A stretch of DNA of 33,205 nt from Octopus bimaculoides (GCF_001194135.2 NC_068991.1:32695999-32729203), one strand, 5' to 3'; shown: positions 11,146 through 22,085, counted from the stretch's first letter. A program made the numbers and translations. The notes: generated by a model not told the origin, from the sequence alone.

Positions 11146-11190
11146 CATGTGCACATATATGTATCTACATACGTATATATACACAAATTT
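10995..11190. repeat. (TA)n/(CA)n microsatellite cluster
   Basis: Direct inspection. Confidence 0.95.
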
Positions 11191-11684
11191 ATAGACACAT
11201 GCATGTATATGTACTTCTTTTATTAGCTACTTTATGACATAATATGAAAAGTTTTACAAGTTCTTTCCTTTTTTAGAACATAAATGATGAAAGCAATATA
11301 TGAACTGTTACATGCGTATGTATGTGCACACACACACACACAGTAGAGTTGTTGACTAGACTAAAGAGTCTTTTCAACTCTAGAATGACTTTGTTCATTT
11401 ATCATCAGTGTTACAGAGAGTCCTGGAGGCATTTTATCGTGTAAGGTTGATTTGTATCCCATAAGACTAAAGTATCCTCACTACCTGTGATGAGGTGAAC
11501 AAAAGAGAAAGCAATGATAGAAGAACCAGGATGGATGTGTGAAGATTGCAAAATGATAGAAACAGAGTATTTTAGCACAAGAGGTTGAAAGAGAGGGAAA
11601 GAAAGAGGGTTGAATGCTAATACAAGTAGATAGATGGAAAATTTAATGTGCATGTGTTATATATTAATAAAATTAAAAACATAC

Positions 11685-11779
11685 CCATTCTGTGGTCCAC
11701 CATCATTTGTGACATTCAGTACCAGTAATTGTTGTCTTAAAAGAGTCACAAAATTATTATGAATTCGTTGAAAGATACT
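11685..11779 (-). CDS. VPS54: VPS54 coding exon (95 bp, phase 0 to 2): SIFQRIHNNFVTLLRQQLLVLNVTNDGGPQNG
   Basis: Acceptor ttttttatattccag, donor gtatgt; peptide matches the recalled vertebrate Vps54 C-terminus (..LNVINDGGPQNG); in phase with the upstream exon. Confidence 0.9.
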
Positions 11780-11850
11780 CTGGAATATAAAAAATCACTT
11801 ATATTGTTGCAGGCATTCTCTTTTAGCTGATTCTGCAGTAAAACAGTGTT

Positions 11851-12770
11851 TTGTGTTGAGTCAAAATTTAGTAATATTTTGGTAATTTCTTTCCTTTATC
11901 TGTCAAGTTATGACAAAAGCATTCTAAGTAGAGGCCATCGTGTTGTACCATCTGAAGCCACCTTTCTGCCAATTCTTTAATCTTACATTAATACCAGTTC
12001 TTTTTCTTCAAAGTAAAGAACTCCTTAAGCGCAGAAAGTGAGCCATGGATTGGAACAAGTAATAATCCAAAGGAAATATTTTTCCACAATCCTAACATGT
12101 ATAAGCAGTGGTTAACCAAGGGCTATCTTCCAAAACATGTCGCCAAACATGGGTGTTTCGAACACAAGGTGATGCTCTGCATCTGGTGGAATTACGAGGG
12201 GATAATTCACTATGAATTTGTTCTGGACAGTCAAACCATTGATGCCAAACTACATTTCAAACAACTGGAGTGGATGTATGCCAGTATACCACAAAAATAC
12301 CCTGCATTGGTTAACACAAAACAAGCTCATACCACTCAAACAACCTGGATTAAACTAATACTACCTTATACCACTCAAACAACCTGGAATAACCTCCTGG
12401 AACTTGAGGGAATTGAACTGATGCCACGCCTAGTGAGCCATGGCTCAGAACAAGTAATAATCCGAGGGAGCTAAGTCTGGACTATATGCCACACCTAGCT
12501 CCCTCGGATTATTACTTGTTCTGATCCATGGCTCACTTCTTGCATTTGCAATGGTTCATCAACCAAAATGAGGAAGAAGCTTCAGTGAATGAGTTCTTTG
12601 CCTCAGACAAGAACTGGTTTCAGCATGGGAACAAAGAACTGACAAAAAGGTGGCTTCAGATGGTATAACATGATGGCCTCTACTTTGAATGTTAGGCTGC
12701 TTTTGTTGTAACTTGACAAATAAAGCAAATAAGTTATTAAAAATATTGCAAAACTTTTGATTCAACACAA
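11851..12770 (+). mobile_element. Mariner derivative with two 3' ends in inverted orientation (long-TIR non-autonomous form)
   Basis: Plus strand 12090-12770: KVMLCIWWNYEGIIHYE, AHT..T, LAPSDYYLF, ending ttttgattcaacacaa-TA. 11851-~12075 is a diverged reverse complement of ~12500-12770, starting ttgtgttgagtcaaaa. Confidence 0.85.
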
Positions 12771-13224
12771 TATTTTGTTTGTAAAGACAATACATTATAT
12801 ATATATATATATATATACAGTGCAAATTAAGATAAACACCAGTATAAACATTTAGATCCTACATATGTTTCACCATTGTAGATGACTGGAACACAGCACT
12901 GGATATTTCAAGTGCAACTGGATCATCTGCAATGAATTATCTAAAGAACACTTTATTGCATTCTCTTAGAGATATTGAAATATCTCAAGTTAGATATAAG
13001 GTGAGGTAATTTCTTAGTATTTAGAGAAGGAAGTAAAAAGCGAGCAAGCTAGTGGTGGAAAGAAAAAAGGAAGAGAGAGAATGTGATGGAGAGAAAAAGG
13101 AGGAAGACAGAAAAGACTAACCAACATAGTACTAAACAGGATGAAAATAGAGGTATACAAGTAAATAAATGAATAAAAACAATAAATAAATACATAAACA
13201 TATATATATGTGTGTGTGTGTGTG

Positions 13225-13715
13225 TGCATAATCTGGACAAAATCTCTAGATACTCGGGAAGAATTTAACATTCTCTTGGACTTACTACACCCAATGCTCC
13301 AATTTACAAATGAGATGTATAGTTCCAAATCACCATTTGTAGACATCATTCGATCATCACCACCGATATAAACTATAAACACACAGACATACATCAATAC
13401 CTGAACTTTAAATCATGCCATCCAACACATACAAAACGTAATATCCCATACTGCATAGTCAGAAAAATTTGTACCATTGTGTAGGATGTTAAAACCAAAG
13501 ATAAAACTCAAAAAATTTCTACTCAAACAAAAACACCTGTCTCTACTTATAGAAAATGGTATACACCATGCTATAGAAACACCCACACAACAACTTAGGG
13601 CAACTCAAGAAAGAGGAAAACAAAAGCAGGTCATAGCATTTATAGTGACACACAATCTGTGTCACCCAAATAGCTTTAGCATTGCCAAAGCATCGATAAA
13701 TTCAAACTTGTTTTA
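13225..13715 (+). mobile_element. Penelope/Poseidon-type PLE RT fragment (motif C through thumb)
   Basis: CIIW..EFNILLDLLHPMLQFT..PFVDI..YKHTDIHQYLNFKSCHPTHTKRNIPY..IENGI..AFIVTHN, with frameshifts. Confidence 0.8.
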
Positions 13716-13716
13716 A

Positions 13717-13850
13717 ATGGATAATGATAATAATAGTTATAATAATGGTGGTAGTTGTAATGATGATAATAATAATAAGTAATGCTGTTATTACCAGCAG
13801 CAGCAGCAGCAGAAGCAACAGCAACAACAACAATAACAGTGATGGTGGTA
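13717..13850. repeat. Mixed trinucleotide microsatellite (AAT, GGT/AGT, CAG, CAA)
   Basis: Direct inspection. Confidence 0.9.
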
Positions 13851-13914
13851 GTGTTAACCGTATCAACATTGACTTTACTGAAGTGTAAAATTTCTGGAAA
13901 ATTGCATTTTGGGT

Positions 13915-14290
13915 ATTAGTCTATAATTCAAGTTTAATTTTTTTTTCTAAGGGTACTTACTAAAATTGCTTTGCTGAGTTTTCCTAAATCTGATTTATTG
14001 GGGCAAATTAGTCTAACTTGGGTGTTACTTAAGAAGTTATCCTTATGGTCCTTAATTGTAATACAAGGTCTAATAGGTGTAAAAGGTTCTGTTCTATCAT
14101 CTATATTGTAATCAGTCATAATTTTCTTAGTGTCTAAGTTGATTGTTTTAAGAGTGCTTCTAGGAACTACTTTTTATTTTTTTGTGATTTCTCTGTGGAT
14201 GAGTTCATAATAAGTATTTATGTCCATGTTGTGTCTTTGGTTTTGTCTGAATGCACTATTATTCCTTTTTTAGATTTTAATTTGCCTGCC
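13915..14290 (-). mobile_element. PLE fragment (N-terminal RT region), same clade as 6580-9380
   Basis: MTDYNIDDRTEPF..TIKDHKDNFLSNTQVRLICPNKSDLGKLSKAIL aligns with MVKYGIENRTEPY..TIKDHKDDFYSNPQVRLIFPSKSDIDRLSKLIL of the large PLE. Confidence 0.88.
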
Positions 14291-15162
14291 TGTACAAAGA
14301 TAAATTTGCCTTCTCTAGATATAAATAATTGTAGGCATCTTCTCTATTAATGGCACCCATAGTTCTTCACCATAGAAATAGAATTCAATTCTTAATGTTG
14401 GCATAAACTACTTGTAATTAAGTTTGGTTAACAGATTTACTTACCCAGGCCCCTTTTATGTAACCCAGCATTAATACCCTTAAACTAAGCTATCTGAGTT
14501 TTAAGACCCTTCTCCCATACATAACTAAATTATATTATATTGCATCATTTTACTACTCCTCAAAACAACCTTTACACTCTCTTATAACCATATAATGCCA
14601 CCTCTCTTAACTCTTAACATAAATTTAGACTATAGAGTGCACAAGTATCCATTCACCTACTATACACCCCACCTTAATAGTATCTTGATCCCCCACCTTA
14701 ATAATGAATGAATTTGTATTTGTAACATACTTTACCATCCCATGCTTGTTTCACTTTAGTTTATTCTAGACCACTCTAAGTCAGCATTGGTCTACTTCTA
14801 TTGAATGAAGACCCCCTATTGGATTTATACATCTCACTACACCCACTCCCACAATGAAATATTTATTTAACACTTTAATACTAACTTGACACCCCACACC
14901 CCCTTTTAGTTATGTATTTGCTTGATTTTTGTTTTGCAGTTAGCACTTATCTACGTGCTATTAATATTATTATTTTTGTGATTATGTGTATTAATACTTG
15001 CACTGGGGATTATTTGTTGAAACTAGCATATGTAAGTACCCATGTATGTGTTAATATAGCAATAAAATATATTACAATTATTCAGGTACATAGATGGGTG
15101 TGTACTTGTGTGAATGGATGCTGTATGTGAGTATGGGAGTGTACATAGGTGTGTACATATAT

Positions 15163-15780
15163 ATAGGAAAGTTTTGTGGTTTAACCCTGCATTTAATATT
15201 GCTGTAAAAACTAATATAGGTAGGGAATTTTTAAAATTAGTTTCTAAACATTTTCAATCTAGCCATAAGTTCTATAGAATATTTAATATTTGCAAAAAAC
15301 TTCGCCTCTTGTATTAACCAGCATAACACGAAAATTATTGCAAACAACTACAGTCCCAAAGCTAATGTAAGGAACTGCAACTTCAATGATATGGCTTGCT
15401 GTCCATTGGAAAGAAAATGTCTTGAAAAAGGAATTGTTTATAGAGCCAAAGTGCAAGTAGATGTCTCACAAGAATATAAAACATACACAGGGGCTTCAGA
15501 AAATTCATTCAAAACTCGATTCTATTCCACTGAAATTCTTTCTGATACCCCAAGAATAGGACAGCAGCTAGTCTTGCAAAGCATGTCTAAGTTCAAAGAA
15601 AATGGCACTCGTCCTTTCAATGTAACCTGGGAAATTCTAGAAAAGACATCATCATACAGACATGGAGCTTATAAAAGACCACTGAAATGTAATCTTTGCT
15701 TCTCAGAAAAGTTCTTCATCCTGTTCCAGGACAAAAATGCTTTGAACCAGAGATGGGAGCTCTTAAATATTAAGCTTAAG
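15163..15780 (+). mobile_element. PLE fragment (thumb end + GIY-YIG endonuclease)
   Basis: RKVLWFNPAFNIAVKTNIGREFLKLVSKHF; CCPLERKCLEKGIVYRAKV..KTYTG..FKTRF; WEIL..CNLCFSEKFFIL..LNQRWEL. Confidence 0.88.
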
Positions 15781-16000
15781 CTTTGCCAAGGTTTATTTTT
15801 ATTGTTTACACACATATTTAATTATGTTATATCAAATTAATGAACAATTTCCTTATTTTAACATTTTAATATTATATACACCAGACCGTCTTTTTAAATT
15901 GTTTGTGTATATACGTTATGATGTATATATTTATCTTGATGTGAAGATATGTCTCTATATGTTCATGTGTATGTATGTATGTATATGTGTATATATTTGG

Positions 16001-16782
16001 ATCTTTTCTCTTTAAACGGCAGATTGAGAAATTAATTTTTTGTAACTAAACACTGTCAAACTTCAGACACAGGTAGAATGTGTCATATAAAACATCTTTT
16101 ACTCTTAGTGTTGTTGAGAAAAGTTTATATTTTCAAAGTTATTTCGTGTTAAAGTTGTCGTATTTCGCTAATTTCAACCAATGAATGACATGTATTCAGC
16201 TGAATAAAATTACTGCTGTCTTTTGTCAACAACAACTTCCGGCAGTGTATATTTCGTTTGTCACTGTTATTTATGACATATTTCATCTCAGTTACATTTG
16301 TATGAATAAACGAGTGTATCTGAAGCATGTTTACTTCATGGCACTACCATAATCGTTCATGCATTTCTACTGCTTTTAGTTTTTTTCCCGTTTTTCAGCT
16401 ACTATTTTTGGAAAGACTTTTTTGCCCCCGCCACCTCCAATTTCTTCATTGTTCACTTTAAAACCATAACTCTAACCCTAAAACCAGTACAAATGCATGA
16501 ACGATGTCATAAATAACAGTGACAAACGAAATATACACCGCTGATAGTTGTTGCTGACAAACAACGACAGTAATTTTATTCAGCTGAATACATGTCATTC
16601 ATTGGTTGAAATTACTGAAATACGACAACTTTAACATGAAATAACTTTGAAAATATAAACTTTTCTCAACAACACTAAGAGTAAAAGATGTTTTATATGA
16701 CAAATTCTACCAGTGTCCGAAGTTTGAAAGTGTTTAGTTACAAAAAATTAATTTCTCGATCTGCCGTTCAAAGGGAAAAGAT
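16001..16782. mobile_element. MITE-like fold-back element with ~280-bp TIRs and inner IR
   Basis: atcttttctctttaaacggcaga... (16001) is the reverse complement of ...tctgccgttcaaagggaaaagat (16782), matching for ~280 bp; second IR atcgttcatgcattt.tactg.ttttag at ~16352-16380 vs ~16478-16505; no ORF. Confidence 0.85.
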
Positions 16783-17036
16783 ATAGTTTTTATATATGTG
16801 GGCATGTATTTCCTTACATATTTTTTGTATATTTGTATGCATGTCTATGTGTGTGTATTTGTAAGTATGTTTGTATTTATGTAGATATTTATTGTATATA
16901 TTTGTCTTGCCTATATATGTCTGCATACATATGTAGCCTGCATCCGTATGTTTAGCGTATATATATATATATATATATATATATAGGAAAGTGGTTATAC
17001 ACCATTAGGTGTACACCAGCTTTCCTATATTAAATC

Positions 17037-17331
17037 TGTAGAAATAACAGAACTCAGATTCCGAACTATCAACACAACAATATTTATTTACAGAGGAAAT
17101 AGGCAGCACTTCGCCCTTTGGTTGCTGAGACGCCGTCAATGATGTTGAGAGGTTATTTGTCTAGCTCCAGAGTTGGAATGTTGGAGACACTGCTTGACAC
17201 GTCCATGCTCATGGCCGGCCGGCCGAGAAAGAGAATGAAAAGAGCGGGAACGTTTTAGATGTTGAATTCCACGCATGCGTGGATAAGGATGCAGCAATGG
17301 CGACTGTGCCTTTTTGGCGCCAATATGACGT

Positions 17332-17338
<7 letters not shown>
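17037..17338 (-). mobile_element. Probable solo LTR (~302 bp)
   Basis: Minus strand starts TGTAG and ends CTACA; AATAAA ~46 nt from the 3' end; CpG-rich relative to flanks; sits next to (TA)n. No clean TSD seen. Confidence 0.6.
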
Positions 17339-17364
<26 letters not shown>

Positions 17365-17957
17365 ACAGATTGTTTGGTATGTGCATATACTGCTAAATGT
17401 ATATGTAATCTAGCATGAAAATTTTTTTAAACAAATATATCTTTTAATTTATTAATATTTTACAGCTAATTATTTACCCTGGGTATTCAGGCCTTTTCCT
17501 TCTTTATAAACTATTTTTGATTTAAGGTTTCCTTCGATTTTCATAATATGATTTTAAACCGCAATTTGTTATTGCATGCAACTAGTTACTGAAAAGACTT
17601 AATTGTTTTTACTAATATCACATTCATATTAATAAACTGTTGGACCATTTCCAACCCTAACCTGCTTACTTCCTAACTGTCTGAATAGGTTCCTCTCAAA
17701 ATATTTATTCCATAATATTATTTTTTAATCTAGTATTTACTACCCTAAGTGTTTTAGGGCCCCTTACAACATACTCCATCTTCCTATTCATTTATTTATT
17801 TATCTTACCCCATATAATGGTCTCAATAGCTGGTCTTTTGTTTTTAAATTTCAACTGACCAATTGCATCAAACATTATATCTTGGCCTATCTAGGGCTAA
17901 ACCACCTACTAGTATATAAATAAATTACAAGAGAGTATTGTAGTTTGCTGGAAGCAT

Positions 17958-18293
17958 TGTGTATTGTTTGTGAAATATGTCTTGAAAGGCACAACAATGA
18001 AGAGTGGACTATAATAACTGTTATAATTTAATTATTCATATTCTGATATAATATTTTGGAATATAAAAATTCCTTCTTCAGATATTGCTAGGAATTGATT
18101 GAGGCACTGCTATAATCGGTTATAATTCGATTATAGCAGTGACTTGAACAATTGCTGGCAATATCTGATGAAGGAATTTTTATATTCTGAAATATTATAT
18201 CAGACTATGAATAATTAAATCATAACAGTTATTATAGTCCACTCTGCATTGTTGTGCCATTCAAGACATGTTATATTTCATAAATAAATTGCA
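17958..18293. repeat. ~335-bp imperfect palindrome containing two hammerhead-like cores (inverted pLTR-like)
   Basis: Left arm gaaatatgtcttgaaaggcacaacaatg...tccttcttcagatattgc mirrors right arm gcaatatctgatgaagga...cattgttgtgccattcaagacatg..atatttc; centre cactgctataatcg/cgattatagcagtg near 18123. Confidence 0.9.
18165..18205 (+). ncRNA. Minimal hammerhead-like motif (stem I poorly supported)
   Basis: CTGATGA-a-ggaat-ttttat-attct-GAAA-tattata-TC-aga; mirror copy on minus strand at ~18042-18081 reads CTGAAGA..attcc-AAAA. Confidence 0.4.
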
Positions 18294-18629
18294 TTTAACC
18301 GATTAGCACTTCATCATGATTAATACTATTAATTAGCACTACAAACATAACTATTATAAATTATTATGATTAATATAAAACCTTACTATATCTACACCCC
18401 TTCTCTGACTAAAACCTATTGGTGTATCCCACAATTATTTTTGTATTTTTTTTATCCATCCTACTCCCCCCCCCCACCACCAACCAGTACAAAGGATTAA
18501 TCCACCAACTGCTATTTTGTTTTAGTCTTTTACTTAACTGCCCAAAGAGATACATAAGCAAAATGGTATGATTACAACAATATTCAACTTTACCCTTTTT
18601 CTTCTCTATGCTCTTCTTTATTTATTCTT

Positions 18630-18752
18630 CACTCTGATGAAGCTCTTTGTTTCAGATTGGTTTTATTACCAAATGTGATTAATATTTTTACATACTTTTG
18701 CATATCAATGGCAATACCATACAACACTGGAAGCAGAAACAGCTGCTAGATG
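18630..18752 (+). ncRNA. Degenerate hammerhead-like motif
   Basis: CTGATGA(18634-18640)-agct...agca-GAAA(18736-18739)-palindromic cagctg-c-TA; extra C before UH and weak stems I/II. Confidence 0.35.
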
Positions 18753-19001
18753 GGATGCAGTCTATTTGCATTGAATTAATAAATAATAACTGATGTAAGT
18801 CAATTGTTGCTAATCAGTACTTCTCCATTTTCTTTAAATTTTGATTCTTGATAAACCCGTGTTTATCCTTGTCTTTACCTATAACTTATGAACATAATAT
18901 GTTTGCATATGGATGCTAATGGTTTAATATAGGTAATATACCAGTAGTGTAATGGATACTTCTATCCCTTAGACAGTTATTTTAACCTCTAGCTCAACTA
19001 A

Positions 19002-19042
<41 letters not shown>

Positions 19043-19230
19043 CACATATACATATATATAAAAATATTTAATATGAAATGAAATAAAGTAAAGATAAATT
19101 GAGAAATAATTTTTAAAAATGAGAAAAGTAAATAAAAGAATAAACAAATTTAGATTGGTGGGTGGGTGAGAAAAATAGAAAAAGCAGGAAGTGAAGAGAA
19201 GGGAGGGTTGGAAAAGTGCAAGTGAGTTAT

Positions 19231-19319
19231 NNNNNNNNNNNNNNNNNNNNNNNNNNNNNNNNNNNNNNNNNNNNNNNNNNNNNNNNNNNNNNNNNNNNNN
19301 NNNNNNNNNNNNNNNNNNN
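19231..19319. other. Assembly gap (N run)
   Basis: N characters. Confidence 1.
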
Positions 19320-19339
19320 ATTTACTTGTTTTCTTTCAT

Positions 19340-19585
19340 TCTTCTATTTGTTTCAGTCATTTGACTGCAGCCATGCTGAGGCACCACCTTAAAGAGTTTT
19401 TAGTCAAAGAAATTGACCCCAGGATTTATTCTTTTTAAGCCTAGTACTTATTCTATTGATCTCTTATGCTGAACTGTGAAGTTACAGAGATATAAATACA
19501 CCAACATTGGTTGTCAAAGGATGGTGGGGGTACAAAGACACATATAAATATATATACGACAGGCTTTTTTCAGTTTCCGTCTATT
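19340..19585 (-). mobile_element. Octopus-type tRNA-derived SINE body, 5'-truncated
   Basis: tttgtttcagtcatttgactg..gccatgctg..gaccccagga..aagcctagtacttattcta..cagtttccgtcta resembles a recalled abundant octopus SINE; related degraded pieces at ~24750-24860, ~25160-25250, ~28970-29020. Confidence 0.65.
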
Positions 19586-19869
19586 TTATATCCTTGTATT
19601 GGATATAGTGAAGTGGGGGGGGGGAGTATATATACAACACGCTACTATTACAAGAGACCCAATGCTCAATATTAAAAGGTTCACAGTGAACAGCTCCCAA
19701 CACGAACTGCCAATTGCTCACAGTTCTTTATAACAATGAGTCGTTCACCTTTAGTCACTTGGGGAGGGGTTGGAATCCTTCCACAACATCTCTCCTTTTT
19801 AGAATTAGTCTCTTCTATCTTCTCTTTTAAGAATTGAACTCCACTCTAAGTTTTAATATCTCTTAAGCT

Positions 19870-20530
19870 TTGAGTTCAATTCCAGTGAAAAAAATCAGCA
19901 CACTGATTATATTATTCCTTTTCTTAACAAATACAGTTGGTGATGCCCATTCACTATATTCCACTTTTTGGATAACTCCAATTTTTTTCTAGTCTCTCTA
20001 ACTTTAAGTTTATCTGTTTTAACACTGCGAACAGTACAGTTTGTTTTTTCTTTAAATATTGGTGTGGTGTTTTCTTTTATTTGAAACTGCACCTTTGTCT
20101 TGGTGCAGTTTGTTGTCTAATTTATCGGAGAGAACTTTAGAAAAAATATCAAAAAATTTTTTTTCAATTCGTCTGATGACTTATTTGTATAGCAGGAAAA
20201 ATCATACACATTTTTACAAAACAGATTTATGGGGAGGTCCCATAAATCAGACAATTCCATCCAGTCAGTACCTAACAAGTTTGTTGTATTATTTAACACA
20301 AAAGCTTTAGCTTTTAAGATTTTTTCACAAAATGTAATGTTACTAATTAATTCACCCTTAAATATAATTTTTTCCTGTAACACCATGGGCAATTTTCGGG
20401 GTTTCATTTAATTGAGGCCTCCTGATCCTTTTCCATGTATCTGTGTTAATTATTGAGATGTCGTCTGTATCCAATTGTAACTTTCTGTTTGTTATTAATT
20501 TTTACATACACAAATTTTCTTTGAGGCTCA
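19870..20530 (-). mobile_element. Gypsy/Ty3 LTR-retrotransposon pol remnant (protease + RT start)
   Basis: KRKFVYVKIN..LQLDT.DISIINTDTW; NNTTNLLGTDWMELSDLWDLPIN; FQIKENTTPIF; EYSEWASPTV..VCADFSTG; frameshifted. Confidence 0.8.
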
Positions 20531-20879
20531 TTCATATTTTTTGTCACTGATAATTATTTGTGACAAAATTTTTGCTACTATTAGACAAACTAGTGCTCAT
20601 AGGTAATTTGGGAGCATTTTACTTAACTGCCCAAAGGGAGGAAGGTAATTTGGGAGCACTGATTCAGAATCTGCAATCATTTTTGCTCTAGCACGTCATG
20701 TGTTTGTGCTATCAAAATTACAATAATGTAAAAATTCATGAATGTTATGTTAAGCATAAATTACTGTTATTTGGTATAAGAACAATTATAACTAGGTGGA
20801 CAAGTTGCTCTAAAACCAATAAAACACAAAACAAAAGTGTAAAGTGAATATTATTAATTTTATGTTTTTCAAAAATAGC

Positions 20880-22085
20880 GTCGGCATCTTCTTTTACACT
20901 TATGCTGCATGTCTGTTTCTCGTTTTAAAAACCAGCAGTATGTTTGGTGTAAGTCTGCCACTGTAGCGGCTTTCTAGCTCTTTGATTTCTTGATAAAATT
21001 GTTCACCATGCTCATCACTTACATCACCCATACTGGGTGGAAAAAAGTCAAGATGAGAGTGGAGAAAATAAATTTTTAGAGACATTCTTGCCCCAGGTTG
21101 CTTATGAGCTTTCAAAAAGCCATTCACAATTGCAACGTAGTTAGATTTTTCATTTCCTGCCAAATTTTTTACAATAAAAACAAACTTTTCTCAAGCAGTT
21201 TTCTCTACTGGGCTCAATTTTTCTTGAAAAAGCTCATCACAAATTCGTGTGCAAATTTCTGGTCCATTAAAAACACCAGCTTTGATCTTAGCTTCACTCT
21301 TGCTTGAAACAAATTTTTCACTGAGATATTTGAATCCTTCACAATCTTCATTCATGGCCTTAACAAAATTCTTAAACATGTCAAGTTTAATGTGTAAGGG
21401 AGGAAGATAAATTTCCTGAGGGTCAACTAAAGGGATATATTTAACATTGTATCTCCCTGGAGTGAAACCACTTCTCCTTGGACACTCTTTCTGATCATAG
21501 TGTGATACTTGTCATCTCTACTGTTCCAAAGGCACAAAAAGTGCTGATACTTTGTATACCCCATTTGCAACCAATATCTTTCAAGTCCCCACATATATTC
21601 CACTTGTGCTGAGAATAATCTAATCAAGTGCAAAATTTTATCCATTGATTCATAAGTTTTCTTTAATCCTACAGCATGTGCTAGCGGTATTGAAGGTTTT
21701 TGATTGCTATTATGCAGCAAAACAGCTTTTAGGCTTGCTTTGCTGCTGGAATCTATGAAGAGTCTCCATTCTTCAGGATTATGGTCATACTCCATCTCAC
21801 ATAGGAGTCCTTCACCATTACAACAAAAACAAATACTGTCTTTCTCTGTAAAAAATTTATGCAATTCTGTATGCCATTTTCGAAAATACGAGCATTTTAC
21901 ACCATCATGGAAAAGATTCTATTGTTTCAACCCGAAGCCCCATAGTTCTGACTTTTCTTTTGTTGAACCCAAGTCTCTAACTAAATCATTTAACTCAAGT
22001 TGACTTAATAGATGAAGAACTGTTTTTGAAGATCCTGGTTCATCACAGTGATTTACTGTATCACTCGGCACACCTTCAATTAAAG
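20880..22085 (-). mobile_element. Chapaev3-like (CMC/Transib-related) DNA transposase pseudogene
   Basis: SQLELNDLVRDL; EWRLFIDSS.ASLKAVLLH..PSIPLAHAV..TYESM; QMGYTKY..FLCLW; PLHIKL..FKNFVKAM; MSLKIYFLHSHLDFFP..GDVSDEHGEQFYQ. Superfamily assignment is from recalled motifs. Confidence 0.7.

Noticed and set aside
11340-11410. Minus-strand CTGATGA..GAAAagac..gtct
   Set aside because: No UH triplet in register and no stem II.
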